Assembly (NCBI GenBank): GCA_030390025.1
Contig: CM059431.1
Span: 155,870,001-155,934,000 of the forward strand
Direction of reading: 5' to 3'
Source: Squalus acanthias
Taxonomy: Eukaryota
Length of the DNA stretch: 64,000 bases
Part shown: one piece after another, positions 1 through 12,429 of the stretch
How the letters are laid out: the number at the start of each line of letters is the position of its first letter
How positions within the stretch are numbered: the stretch's first letter is position 1
Translations under genes and position numbers: made by a program
Notes under the pieces: model-generated
The model's database searches: none
What the model was told of the DNA's origin: nothing
Seen by the model: the letters and a program-made list of their open reading frames with translations, nothing else

Positions 1-1180
1 TGCTATGATCATTCTTCCCAAGGGAATCCTTCACTTCGAGATCATTAAGTAATCCAGCCTCGTTACAAATTGCCAGATATAAATAATCTTCCCCTGGTTG
101 GTTCCACAATATATTGTTCAAAGTAACCATCCCATATACACTCTAAGAACTACTCATCAAGTCTACTTTGCCAAATTGATTTGTCCAAACAATATGAAGA
201 TTAAAATCTCCCATGATTAGAGCCGTAATTTTCTTACAAGCCTCTATTAATTCTTGATTTATTCTCTGTCCTACCGTGTCGCTACTGTTTGGGGGACTGA
301 AGACAAATCCCACCGATGACTTTTTACTCTTATTCTTTCTTATCTCCAAACAAATTGATTCTACATCTTGATCGTCTACGCCAATATAAGTTCACATAAC
401 TGGACTGATCTCATCCCTTATTAACAGAGCTGCACCACCTCCATTTGCTTTCTGTCTATCCTTACAAAATGCAAATATCTCATAATATTCAGTTCCCAGC
501 CTTGGTCAACTTGCAACCACATCTCAGTAATGGCCATCAGATCATACCCATATATGTTTTTGTGCTGTCAACTCATCTATCTTGTTACGAATGCTGCATA
601 CGTTCAGGTATAGAGCTTTTTATATCGTCTTTTTACCATTTTCCCTACTCTGACCACTCTTTCTGATGCACTCTTATGTGTATACGTTCTGTCTCTTCCT
701 GTCACACTTTGTTTATCATTACCACTATCGCTACCCAGCACTTTTGCATTCTCATTTAACGTTATCTTTTTTAATTTCCACTCAGCGTATCCCTCCCCCG
801 CACTATTTAGCTTAATGCCCTATCTACAGCCCAAGTTATTCGATTCGCCAGGACACTGGTTCCAGCCTGGTTCGAATGAAGCCCGCCCCGACTGAACAGC
901 TCCCTCTGATCCTAATGCTGTTGCCAGTGCCGCAGGAATCGAAACCCATTTCTCCCACACCAAACTTTCAGCCACTCGTTCATCTCTCTGATCTTATTTA
1001 ACCTATGCCAATTTCCACGTGGCTCAGGTAGTAATGCGGAGATTATTACCTTTGTGTTCTGCTTTTTAATATAGCCCCTAGCTGCTCAAACTCCCTCAGC
1101 AGAACCTCTTTCTTTGTCCTACATAGGTTATTGTTACCTACATGACCACGACAACTTAATCTTTCCCTTCCCACTTTGAA
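1..1180 (-). mobile_element. Decayed CR1-type LINE fragment (3' part of ORF1 esterase plus ORF2 endonuclease)
   Basis: ORF 143..349(-) reads ...VGFVFSPPNSSDTVGQRINQELIEACKK..IMGDFNLH, the APE endonuclease YRPP/GDFN region. 830-1175 matches the ORF1 esterase part of the other CR1 copies here. Many stops. Confidence 0.85.
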
Positions 1181-1795
1181 AAATATACTTAGATATCTCT
1201 TGGACTGCATCAAAACAATTCAAAATAAGAAGAGGGAACGTCAAATAATTAATAATCATTATGAATATACTGCCTGACTGACTTTCTTCCTGTCTCGCTG
1301 TTTGCCTGTCTGTCGATCAATCTATCTTTTATCTATAAAGAGACCTGTCTATATGATTACCCTATTTATGGATTGGTTAAACTGTACTCTGGTGTAATGG
1401 AATACACGGCAGTTTACTGTATGCAGTCGATGTATTATCATAAGCACACTGCAGGGTGAAGGCTTAATGCACAATCAGTGAAATTACCGACAATGTCCTA
1501 GAAATGGGCACGGGGAGGGGATGCAGTTTTGACATCGTGAGATTAATTGGAACGTGGTTAAGTGAATGTGCAGCCCCTTTTACATCTCTTCTGATTTTCA
1601 TTTCCACTGGCTACTTTCGCTGGTACTTTCAATTCGCTCTCGCCCATTTTACAACATAACAATAAGCCAAAATTACCGCCTGGAATGATCCCTGCGCCAA
1701 ACAGGGTAGGCCTGACCCCCACCCGAGATTGAGGTATACAGCATTGAAATGAAATAGTTGTGATTATATCAGTTCAACAAAAAGAGTAAACTCAC

Positions 1796-2347
1796 CGGAC
1801 GTGTATATTCTTTTGTCATACCCGTTCGCTCCTTTCGCTTGCAGCCGTGGATGTCGAGGTGCATTCAATGAATGTGTGTGGCTCATCCTGTAAGTATTCA
1901 TGCTGAACAGATTTTCCGCAGGAGCATTTTCCTCTTCGTTACGATGAAATATTTCAGATTTAATACTGACAGGTCTATGCGTTATAGATGTATTCGTATG
2001 AGATTCGGTCCCAGTGGGAGCACTTTGTTCCAATTTTTTTGTGAGATAGTTATCCGTGTCTCCAGCTGTCGCGGTAATGCTATCAGTTACTGCAGAGATA
2101 TTCGTCACTTCGTCCTTTTCTTTATGACTCACATTCTTTGTAAATAAAGTGATTTTCTCTGCAACGAATCCTTTTTGAATGACAATCGCTTCTTCGTCTG
2201 GTTGCTTGTGACAATCTTCACTGACATCATCGGGCTTGGTGTTTACATCGTCCAGTTGGTCACAATGATCAATGGGTCCGAGCGAATCTTTTTTCACCCG
2301 GAAGTTCTCTTTCGGATTTTCTGCTATGATGTCTCCACACGGAGAAA
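1796..2347 (-). CDS. Internal coding exon (552 nt, phase 1-1) of the host gene; low-complexity T/S/D/E/K-rich linker
   Basis: Acceptor ttcttttacaaaaaaaAG| at 2349-2348 and donor CCG|GTGAGT at 1795. The frame is open for 184 codons (VSPCGDIIAENPKENFRVKKD...YDKRIYTS). Phase matches the phase-1 donor of exon 10710-10875. Not repeat-like. Confidence 0.7.
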
Positions 2348-2574
2348 CTTTTTTTTGTAAAAGAAATATTCAGATATTCAGCAATAATATGGGTAGACCT
2401 CATCTTAATATCTGTAAGTGTGCCAGACACATTTTAATAAATATTGCAAGGACTTCACACGTTCTATATTTTTGCTATCCTTGTTCAGTTCCAGTATTGA
2501 TTTTGCTAATTCTTACTACATTCAGGTCAAGAGGAAGAAGGATTAATTGTAGAATTACCCGTGCCACGTGAAAA

Positions 2575-2990
2575 TGACGGCAGCAGTATTTTTAGTCTTT
2601 CACAGGATGTGGACGTCGCTGGCAAAGCCAACATTTATCGCCCATCAATAATTGCCCTTGAGAAGCTAGTGATGAGCCACCTTCTTGAACCGCAGAGTGC
2701 ACTTAAGAATCAACCGCATTGCTGTTTGTCTGGAATCACATATCGGCCAGACGGGGTAAGGACGGCTGATTTCCCTCCCTAAAGGACATTTGTGAACCAC
2801 ATGCGTTTTTACGTCAATACGGTAGTTTCATGGTTACCATTACTGACACTAGCTTTCTGTTCCAGATTTATTGAATTAACTGAATTTAAATTTCCCAGCT
2901 GCCGTGATGGGATTTGAACGCATCGTCCCTGAATTATTAATCCTGACCTCTGGATTACTAGTCCAGTAATATAATCACTATGCTACCGTA
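2575..2990 (-). mobile_element. tRNA-headed SINE: head plus 3' tail of the LINE family at 46248-49475
   Basis: Minus strand has an A box (TAGCATAGTGA), a B box (GTTCAAATCC) and core GGTTCACAAATGTCCTTTAGGGAGGGAAATC. The tail GCGGTTCAAGAAGGTGGCTCA...CTCAAGGGCAATTATTGATGGGCGATAAATG matches the LINE ends at 17920-18010 and 49410-49475. Confidence 0.9.
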
Positions 2991-2999
2991 AACCATATT

Positions 3000-3990
3000 A
3001 AACATTTCATTGCGTGGTTAAAGCTTAGGTTCAGGGAATCGGGGTTTCAGTTCTTTAAACAATGGGACACCGTTCCAAGGGGCAGGATAATTGGGGGTGG
3101 GGTGGTTTTACAGAACTGCTGGGCTCCAAAAAAATTATCATAGACGCAGGATAAATAGAATGGAGGGAAAATATTTCAACTAGATGCAGGGATCGTTGTG
3201 GTAGGTGTCAGATAATCACCATAGCGATTACAGCAAATCTTCAGTTACGTCAGTGAAAAAAAAATAACGTTTAATAACAATAATTCCAACGTTTGGAGAA
3301 AAATACTGTCAATGTTAATAACGTAAATGCGGGACATAAAAAATAAAGCTTTGCTTGGATTAATGAAAAGTATGTGACAGATACGATCTGTGACCTGGAG
3401 CTTCATTTTAGAGGTTGAGAGATTGCACATGATCATCCTCACACAAACATGATGGAATGATTCAAATCTATCGATTAAATACCTGGAACAATATGTTTTT
3501 TAGAAGAGGTGGTTTCGAGAGAATAGGGGGTCTTGTGGCAGATTATATATTGAGGTGCAAGTGACAAAGGTATTAAAAATGAAAGGGCAGACGCAGATTC
3601 ACTTTAGGTAGTATTAATAGATAGGTACAGAGGCAGCCATTACTGTGTGTAGCGTATAGACCATCAGGAAGGTCTGAAAACTTTATTCTGGAACAGTCGA
3701 TGAATTAAGGAAGGCGACTAGTAAGCAACCAACTATCGTAATTAGCGAAAAAACTTACCAGGAATTAAATGTGACAATAATGTATCGACTGGTGAGACAT
3801 GGAAGGGCTTCCTATGGTTAATGACTCAGTGTGTAAAAGAGGCAGTAATGTGAAGAAACCTTCTGGATTGCATTACGTGTAGTAGCTACGATCCAATCTC
3901 CAACACAAAGGTCGATGATAATTTAAGTACCTGTATTCATAATGTTATCTCATGTTGCATAATATCAATTTGGGAGGTTACTAAAATCCG
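3000..3990 (+). mobile_element. Very old CR1-like LINE remnant (ORF1 end/endonuclease)
   Basis: Faint motifs only: 'ggggtttcagttctttaaacaatggg' (ORF1 GF.F..W) and 'gcgtatagaccatca' (YRP). No open frame. Confidence 0.5.
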
Positions 3991-4246
3991 CCCAAAATTC
4001 CCAGATTTTTAGTAGATGAAATGCAAGCCCTTGAGAATTTCTTTCAGAATCGGGGTAGCAGATTTCAATAAGACTGGGTGAGCAGAGGAATAATATAGTT
4101 CCTTCAAGAAGCGATCCTACATGCTGTAGAACAATGTGTATCCATGCAAAGCAATGGTAACTGTTTAAAGGCACTACTGTTTGTTTGATCGGGACTACTC
4201 TTCGTTTATAACTCGATATTCAAGTCACATTTCACGCCTTTAAACA

Positions 4247-4421
4247 GAGGAGTTAATTTTAACTTTTGCTGATAGTTGTAAACGGGCGATATGGGATCGT
4301 TCGTCCGTTAAGCACCTCATCCGGTTTTAGTTTCCGATAAGGAAATCCGGTAGAGTTGCGTATCGCGGGCCTATCAGATATTGCCCATTTTACAATAATT
4401 CAAAGTGCTAAAATCACCCTC
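4247..4421. repeat. Palindromic MITE-like element (~175 bp)
   Basis: Left arm gaggagttaattttaacttttg..tgtaaacgggcgatat is an imperfect reverse complement of right arm atattgcccattttaca..aaagtgctaaaatcaccctc. Confidence 0.7.
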
Positions 4422-5559
4422 ATCAGATCAATATGAACAGGAAGAAATAGAAGGAGCAGCAGGACATTTAATTTATATCTTTCTGTCAGGTTCTTTGGAA
4501 GTGTTCTATTTTCCTGTGCCTCCGTGTCCTGTTGTTTCTTTCGTACAGTTTCAAAATCAAACTCTGGTTAAACTGGTTATTTTACCATGTTAGCAATGTA
4601 GGGAAAATAGGAAGTATAACGTTTATTGCGATAATTGAGGGAGTGGCAGATTGACTCGAGCGTTCATGTCATGTACACATCATTGATCAAAGTGTACCTT
4701 GATAATGAAGACCTTATCTTGGTTTCACTGAAGTAAATTCCTGAGCTGTCTGAACGAGGGCGGCACATAATTACTTGCTGTTTGCAACAAAATGCATAAT
4801 AGAGATGGTAGTTGTTTTATTTGCCTGTTACAAATAAGTACTACAAATGGCCCAGGAAAGGAAAAGAAGCAGTGGTACGAACAACGAAAGAAATGCAAGA
4901 GGAGTCTAGTTGTGTTACTTGGAACTGAAACATGCTCCTCTCAAGGTCTCTATCTGGACAACATTTGGGAGCGGGGTTCTATTATCACCTTCGGTATTTG
5001 GACCTTGATTTCAAAGGACTGAGTGATTCCCATTAGTCCCATTATTACTCACTTCCGTTCAACAACTGCAATCAGATGCTTTCGTGGCGGCAGTGCGATA
5101 GAACACTTGATGTCGAATTGGCCGCCTACTATACAACCTGCTTGATTTTCTATTCCATCGGGAAGCCAGTTCAATATCAATTGTTTTACGACATCGGCGA
5201 AAGTTGAAATTACCTGCACTGCGTTCTCTGAATGATTAAACTCATTTCGTTTGCTTCAATCAAACAGCGCAGACAGTAGGTTTACTGAGTTATGGACGGG
5301 TTGTCATGAGCCTTGACTCACTGGGTTGGGACTAGATTTGCCTGATTTTAATCTAGACATATGGTGAGGGGTGATTATCAAATTCTCGCTTTCTTGTTTT
5401 GAATTTATTACAATTATCCGACCCTATATCATCCCAATAAAATCAAGTTATTTGCCAAATACCAAGGCATGATGAGCTGTACAATGAAGATATGTGTGCT
5501 TTTAACTAATATTCACTATATAGCCACGATAACTCATCGTAATCTCTCTATAGAACCAC

Positions 5560-6330
5560 TGTATCAAAGAATGATACAGCACAGAAGGATGGCATTCCGC
5601 CCACCGTGCTTTTAACGGCTCCTTGAAAGAGCTCTCCAATTGGTCCCACTCCCCCGCTCTTCCCTCTTAATTTTGCAATTTTCTTCCCTTCAAATATTTG
5701 TCAAACTCCTTTTACAAAGTTCACTTTTGTATATTCTTCCAGCAATTTTTCAGGCAGTGAATTCCAGATCATAACAAGTGGCTGCATATTTCTACCTTCA
5801 TATCACCTCTGGTTGTTTTACCAATTAACTTAAATCTGTGCCCTCTGATTAGGGATCCCTCTGCCACTGTAATCAGTGCCTCCATATTTACTCTATCAAA
5901 CCTCTGCATGAACTTTTAACACCTTCATCAAAATTTGCCTTAACCTTCTCTGCTCTCAGGACAACAACCACATTTTCCCTCGTCTCGCCACATAACTGAT
6001 ATCATTCTAGTAAAGCTCCTCCTAATTTGTGGTGCCCAGAATTGGACACAATTTTCCAACTGGGGCATAACCAATGTTTAATAAAGGTTTAGCATAACTT
6101 CCTAGCTTTGGTACCCTATGCCTCTTTATAAAGCCAAGGATCCTTATGCCTTTTTTTTTTAGCAACCTTCTCAACTTGTCTTGCCATACGAACATACGAA
6201 TTAGAATCTGATTACTCCACATTCCCGCCTCTCCTCGATAACTTTTCAACCCCTTGCTTATCAAGAATCTATCTAGCTCTGCCTTAAAAATATTCAAAGA
6301 CTCTGCTTCCACCGCCCTCTGAGGAAGAGA
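5560..6330 (-). mobile_element. Two adjacent CR1 3' fragments
   Basis: Minus translation LPQRAVEAESLNIFKAELDRFLISKG and ILGFI; CR1 3'UTR signature near 5570-5620. Confidence 0.85.
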
Positions 6331-6917
6331 GGGACCACGCACAAAGATAAAGAGGTCACATTGACTGAGTGTTTTTTTCACTTTTCAGTCAAACTCCTCA
6401 ATGAGCGGATCTGCGTTTTCAGAATGATGGGAACAGTTCTGTTAAGAAGGGCCTGAATGACTTCCCACAACTTATAGGCACCGCATCACCAATGCCGTCT
6501 ATCTCCACTGTTGCTCGGACTTACTAATGCCATGCGTGCAATGATTAGTGTCTGCAACCAACCACCTGTCACAGTAATACAAAACATTTACTGGGATCAT
6601 ATGAGGCCAGACTCCTTTGTTTTCCAACCCCTCAGCATCTGGCCAATGAGAAGTTTACACTTGAATGTAATAAAAAGGGGATTGTGCACTCGAGTATAAT
6701 AATCCGTCTTTTAACATGTAAACAGGCACGCGAGCATAAACCCACAGAAATCAAGATCGACTCAGTCCGAGTGCCTCGCTACCGTGGTTCTTTATTAAAC
6801 ATAACTCATTACGTTAGATTCATCCGAATCCTTTATTGTAAACAGCAGGCAGCGCCAGGATCTAACCCAACAGTACTGGCAAGGTATCGCCAGTAATGAG
6901 GGATGTAGGCTTATTCG

Positions 6918-7385
6918 AAAGAAACAACTTCCGTTTATATAGCACCTTTCCCATCGCTGAGACACTCCAGAAGTGCTGCAGAGCTAATTAATTAATTTTG
7001 AAGTATAGTCAATGTTGAAATGTAGGGAGATGTGGCAGCCAATTTGCGCACAGCAAAGTTCTACAAAGAGTATTGAGAAAAGTGACCAGTTAATCTGCTT
7101 TGGTGGTATTGATCGATGGATGAATGCCTTGCTCTTATTTGAATATTGCCACATAATTTTTTACCTTCACCAGCACAGGCTCGTCTGACATCTGCTTTTG
7201 AAGTTACCATACAGAAGGTGTTCAGATGACACAGTAATACTGAGAGAAGGCACCTTTGACTCAGTAGTAGCACTATTGTGTCAGTCTGGATTATGTGCTC
7301 AAGTCCTGAAGTGGGACTTGAACCCACGACAGTCTGAACTCAGAGGGCAGAGCCAGTTAGCGTCACTTCGGATCAGTTGCTAGCA
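6918..7385 (-). mobile_element. DeuSINE/SacSINE1-like tRNA SINE with L2-type tail
   Basis: B box GGTTCAAGTCCC on the minus strand (~7313-7325). Central block 'ggcagccaatttgcgcacagcaa' is shared with 29820-30290 and 8770-8880. Tail complement 'caacttccgtttatatagcacc' is of L2 type. Family name from recall. Confidence 0.8.
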
Positions 7386-7499
7386 CCCTTGAATTGTCAA
7401 GTCTCGTGACTCATCTTCAGCTCCTTGGAGCTTTATCCTAGTGATTCTGTGTGGATGAAGAACAGAGAGCAGCTGTGGCTGAAAGCATCAGCCTAGTAT

Positions 7500-8172
7500 G
7501 CTCTTTGAACGAGCTGAGCTTCCGACCAACAACAAGAACGCCTGCTTCCACCTCCGTAGCATCGCCCGTCTACGCCTGCCTCAGCTCATCTGCTGCGGAA
7601 ACCCTCATACATGCCTTTGTTACCTCTGGACACGACTATTTCAATGCTCTCCTGGTCGGCCTCCCACCTTGCTCCGTGATCCTTAGCTTATCCGAAAATC
7701 TGCAGCAGGTATCCTAACTCGCACGAAGTCCTGTTCACCCATCATCCCTGTGCTTGCTGACCTACGTTAGTTCCTGGTCCAGCATCACATCGATTTCAAA
7801 ATTCCCACCCTTGTGTCAAATCCCTCCATGGCCTCGCCCCCGCTTCGTATCTATCCTCCTCCAGCCCTACAACCATCCGAGATCACTGTGCTCCTCCAAT
7901 TATGGCTTCTTGCACAACCCCGCTTTTTCATCAGTCCACTATTGGTGGCCGTGCCTTCAGCTGCTTGGGCCCTAAGCTCTGGAATTCCCTATTTCTCCTC
8001 CTTTAAGACGCTCCTTAAACCTGCCCGTTTGACCAAGTTTTTGATCACCTTTCTTAAATTTCCTTATGTGTTTCGGTGTCAATTTGTATTTGATAACGCC
8101 CCGTGAAGCGCCTTGGGATATTTAGTAATTTAAAGGCGCTATATAAATACAAGCTGTTGTTGTTGTTGTTAA
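7500..8172 (+). mobile_element. L2 LINE 3' fragment
   Basis: Translations FHLRSIARLR and LSSSAAETLIHAFVTSGHDYFNALLVGLP (L2 ORF2 C-terminus). Ends in ...ggcgctatataaatacaag(gtt)n. Confidence 0.9.
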
Positions 8173-8769
8173 AGTTACCATACTGAAGTGGATCAGATGT
8201 AACCAGTTGCCCTCTTAACCCACACGTCAGCCACCATTTATTTTGAAGAGGCATAGCTTTCTGTTCTTCTGGGAACAAGCCTTCCCGTTCGAATTCCCGC
8301 TTACATTACTGCTCCCAGGTTTGTTTAACCCCGCTGTTACATCCATTTTAGGTTTTGCCACAAACTTTGCATCATTCTGTAGATCAACAAGGGGTTTATG
8401 TTATGACGTTGATTTAGCAGATAGTCACAGGGTTTAACAATAGAACATAGTGCATGGTTCAATCATTATGTACACAGCACAGTGTGACACTGAGCCTTAC
8501 AGACCAGGAAGGTTAAATCCCTTGCCTGTGCTGATCTCAGCCAGGGCACTACATATAGCTTCAACACCCCTGGGCTAAGGGATGGGAAAAGCAGCAAATC
8601 ATTTAAAAAAGGGGTGGGGGAAGTCTGCCAACATTCAGCTCCCGATCACTACTCAGTGATTTCTGCTGAAATGCGTATGGGGTTGGGATCAGGTTGTGAT
8701 GGTCCTGATAGACAAACGGCCAGTGAATACTTACTAGGCTCGCACGGGACGATTGGTGAATTCGGCAAA

Positions 8770-8885
8770 CAGAAAGGAATTGCATTTATAAAGTGCCTTT
8801 CACGACCACAGGATGTCCGAAAGCACTTTACAGCCAATTTGTACATAGCAAGGTCCCACAAACAATAATGATTTAATCTGTTGGA
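8770..8885 (-). mobile_element. DeuSINE 3' fragment
   Basis: Matches the tail and core of 6918-7385 and 29820-30290 (ttgcatttata..gcctttca; aagcactttacagccaatttg..cagcaagg). Confidence 0.7.
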
Positions 8886-9163
8886 GTGGCCCTAAGAAAG
8901 TTCGGGGCGTCCTTTAATTTATTAATGTATTTTGATATTTGAGGACAGCGTGAGTTCACACTGCTAAAATAACAGGAAATATGTCCATAATAATTAAATC
9001 AGGTATATCTTTGTGTGCATGATCACTCATACTTCAATCTATACGACACAATTTAAAATTAATTGGTTGTGCAGGGCAACTAAGAAGATATTTTGCCGGC
9101 TCATTTTAGCCATAGCAGAAATGAATACCATCCATGACATGTTAGTTGTCCAATTCACTGCCA

Positions 9164-9513
9164 GTTAAATCAGTCACAGCACGAGGGCGCAACACAGGCG
9201 GAGTCGCATTGGCCTACTGTCAAAAGACAGTTCAAATGTCCGAAGGAAATTCAAAGCAGGTGGAGCATATAACTCCAGCAGATAGATACCGCCACTTTTG
9301 CATCTCGCGAAAATCTGATTTCACCCACCATGAATCTTCAGAGTAGAAATTAGTTTCGGGCGGTGGCAGAAAACGGGTGGTTTCATTCGGCCGCCTTTTG
9401 CACGTATCGCCTGATATTCAGTCAACTGAATGAAATTTGAGGCGCTGCGTATAACGGGCGGACGATCCGATACCGCCTGTTTTGCACCACCGCCCGACAC
9501 AAATTTACATCTC
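9164..9513. repeat. Two tandem palindromic MITE-like elements (9164-9326 and 9341-9513)
   Basis: Second copy: tcgggcggtggcagaaaacgggtgg pairs with ccgcctgttttgcaccaccgcccga, with central attcagt/actgaat. The first copy is a more degenerate version of the same layout. Confidence 0.8.
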
Positions 9514-10274
9514 GAATTCGATGATTACTTATAAAACAGCTTAATATCACAGATACCTGAATAATAATTTACAAGTTAGCCCACTATTGTAAGGCACAAA
9601 GAGATGAGTAGGTGACTCTGTTCTATATTCTGCAGTGTCAAGCTGTCAGCACGAAGTAAGCAAGCAGTGAATACTCTGTCTCCAATCAGTCAACGGTGCT
9701 ACCAAAATGGGCAACACATAAATAATCCGTGCCGTGCTCCCAATAACGGATAAAGGTTCATTGTTTTCGTTTTGTTCAACACAGTGCGATTCTTTCCAGT
9801 CTACTTTCTTAGAGAATTATCAAACCACATAAATTATCTACGTGAAACTTTCCATCTTACTTCTGTTTAATGAAAAATATATTTCCCTCTCATTTACCTG
9901 TAATTGATTGGCAGAATTACGCACCAGTTATTTGAGGAAGCATTTAGTAATTGGCATGAGGTCAGTAATAGTTTTGCCATCACACATGTTCTGTATGAAT
10001 TATGCTGATATTTGTGTGAAAGTGTGCACTCGGTAGATACAATAAATAATATTATTAGCGTCCATGAGATTATCGGTGATAAATCGATGTAACTGATGCA
10101 TCTAATTTCTGGCTTCCAAACATGGGTTGCGTTATTTTAAAGATAGAATGAAAGAGATCATTATAATTGATGGGAAGCTGCTCTCGATTTGGAGCTCAGT
10201 TTGTAACTTTGGTTATCTAATGACAGGAAGGATATGGTTACCCTCGATGGGTTACAGAGGCAAGCAACGAAAAT

Positions 10275-10430
10275 TCATTCTATCTATCTCTCTCTCTGTC
10301 TCTCTATCTCTCAGTCTGTCTGTCATCCGTCTATCTATCTATGTATTAATGAAATATCTGACTGTCTGTCAGTCTATCGATCTATCGATCTATCAAGCTA
10401 GCTATCCATTAAGCTAGCTATCTAGCATTT
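10275..10430. repeat. (TCTA)/(TCTG)/(TC) microsatellite-like tract
   Basis: Direct reading. Confidence 0.85.
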
Positions 10431-10709
10431 TGATAAATATTGACGTGATGAAACGCGCCATAAATTACAAGATCATTCTTTCAAATTGGATGAAGAGCGG
10501 TTTAATAGAACATGAAATGTTTAATCACCATGTACCTTCTAAATGATGCGGTAATTTTGACTGTTTTTGAATACAGGTTTTCTCATCTTTGCAACCTATT
10601 AGGAAATGTATGAATCCGATTTACCATCAACAGAATAGTCCACGCGGTATTTAGGAAAATAGATTTTAACATTTAATTGCAGTGCAATTGAACCAGTTAA
10701 TACCATTAC

Positions 10710-10875
10710 CTTGTATTTCTGTCAGTATTTCTCTCAGCTTTGGTGTCGTATGCTGCTTCTTCTCAAGTATTTCCCACACTTTATTTAGTGCTTTATTTCC
10801 GATTTGCATCACTTTATTGAAAAGGAATTTGGAAGCTTCGTTGCTCTTGTTTTTTTCCGTCAGTTCCCTGACATG
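10710..10875 (-). CDS. Coding exon (166 nt, phase 0-1): second half of a CARD-like death-fold domain of a probable NLR-family gene
   Basis: Acceptor tgcattgtatttccAG| at 10877-10876. Donor CAAG|GTAATG at 10709 (alternative in-phase donor at 10703). Peptide HVRELTEKNKSNEASKFLFNKVMQIGNKALNKVWEILEKKQHTTPKLREILTEIQ joins in frame to exon 21482-21648. Confidence 0.8.
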
Positions 10876-11779
10876 CTGGAAATACAATGCAGAAAGAATC
10901 AACCAAACAGCTTGAGGTGCACCATATCAAGTATACACAAAATGTGCAAGCCAAATATGTCCAGCACTGCTGTTTCACATGGAGACATTCCATTTCCGTA
11001 TGCCACGGCTGTTTATTTTACCAAATCAGCAAATGGTCGATACACCCTGCAGTTAAGTTATCATCAATTCATGAGGTATTTCAAGAGCCTTTTTATTGTC
11101 ATTTCAGATTTCCAGTGTTGGCATTTATTTGCTTCTCCTACTTATTTTTAGTTTAAATGATTTCAAACCATATCTACATCGATAGATCGAAAGACCGATA
11201 AACTGATAGGTGGGTAGGTGGGTAGGCCGATTTATCGATAGATCAATACATTGATAGAGCCATTCACTCTCCAAACTAATACAGAAAGTTTATTTGATGA
11301 TTTTGTAAACATCATTAGCGCTAGATATACACGAAACAAAACAACAAATTAATGGAATGAATATGCAATGCAACTTGAAAGTACTGTCATTCAAGGAAGA
11401 AGTTATTCAATACGAGAGGCAGCAGTGGACTGAAAGTAAGATTAGATTGAACCACTAATACAAAACAATAACAAAACAAAACAAGATAATTGCAAATTTA
11501 TCATCTTTACATCAAATTTAAAGGGAGACATTTGTATCGTTACTTTCTATTGTTTAACGCAGAGGCTTCACAGGACATGATTTGCCGCACGAGAAACAGG
11601 TGGAATCAGGTACAGACTACATTTTGAAAGCAAAGAAAACACATATTTTAAAAAGAGAATAGAATATTGGGGAAGGGCAGCACAACTGGATAGCACTCTC
11701 AGTGTGTCAGCGTAGGTTGCATGATTCAAATGGTCTCTTTCTGTGCTGTAACCAACGACTATCAGAAGAATCAGATTGG

Positions 11780-12172
11780 ATATCATTGAAGCATACAAAA
11801 TTATTACACGGCTTGATCTGGTGGATGCTGGGATAATTTTTTTGCTTGGCTGGGGAGTCTAGAACCAGGGGCCACAGCCTCAGGATAAAGGGTAGGCGAT
11901 TCAGGACTGAGATGAGAAGACATTTCTTCACACAGTGGGGGGTGAATCTTTGGAATTCTCTACCCCAGAGGGCTGTGGAGGCTCAGTCATTGGGTAAATT
12001 CAAAACAGAGGTCGATAGATGTCTGACTGCTAAGGGCATCAAGGGATATGGTGATAAGGCCGGTAAGTGGAATTGAGGCCGAAGATCAGCCATGATCTCA
12101 TTGAATGGCGGAGCAGGTTCGATGGGCCGAATGGCCTACTCCTGCTCCTATTTCTTATGAACCTATGTTCTT
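11780..12172 (+). mobile_element. CR1 3' fragment with 3'UTR
   Basis: ORF 11846..12076 reads GESRTRGHSLRIKGRRFRTEMRRHFFTQ..LWNSLP. Tail gatcagccatgatctcattgaatggcggagcagg...tcctatttcttatg. Confidence 0.95.
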
Positions 12173-12429
12173 AATATATAACTTTATGTCTTCACCAGAT
12201 TGGCAGTACATGGCAGAGCTGAAAAGCAGTCCGTACTAGAGCACATCCGCTTTTCATGTCATCAATTTCAATAGGATGACAATTGGGCAGTTTCCATAAT
12301 GGCCTTGTGGTCTGCCCGGTCAGATTAGCATGCAGTGAAGACGAAAATGTAAACTTACGACTTTTTCAAAGCCGATTCTTGCCAAATTATCTGAAACGAT
12401 CACTTGCGTAATAAAAACTTGAGTATAAA

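Noticed and set aside
4919..4953. 35-nt AG..GT micro-exon candidate (DRDLERSMFQFQ)
   Set aside because: Not frame-preserving and would leave a 35-nt intron to the next candidate. It shows that chance hits occur.
9860..9950. Donor-like sites on the minus strand
   Set aside because: The phase-1 frame has a stop just upstream, and no matching acceptor was found.
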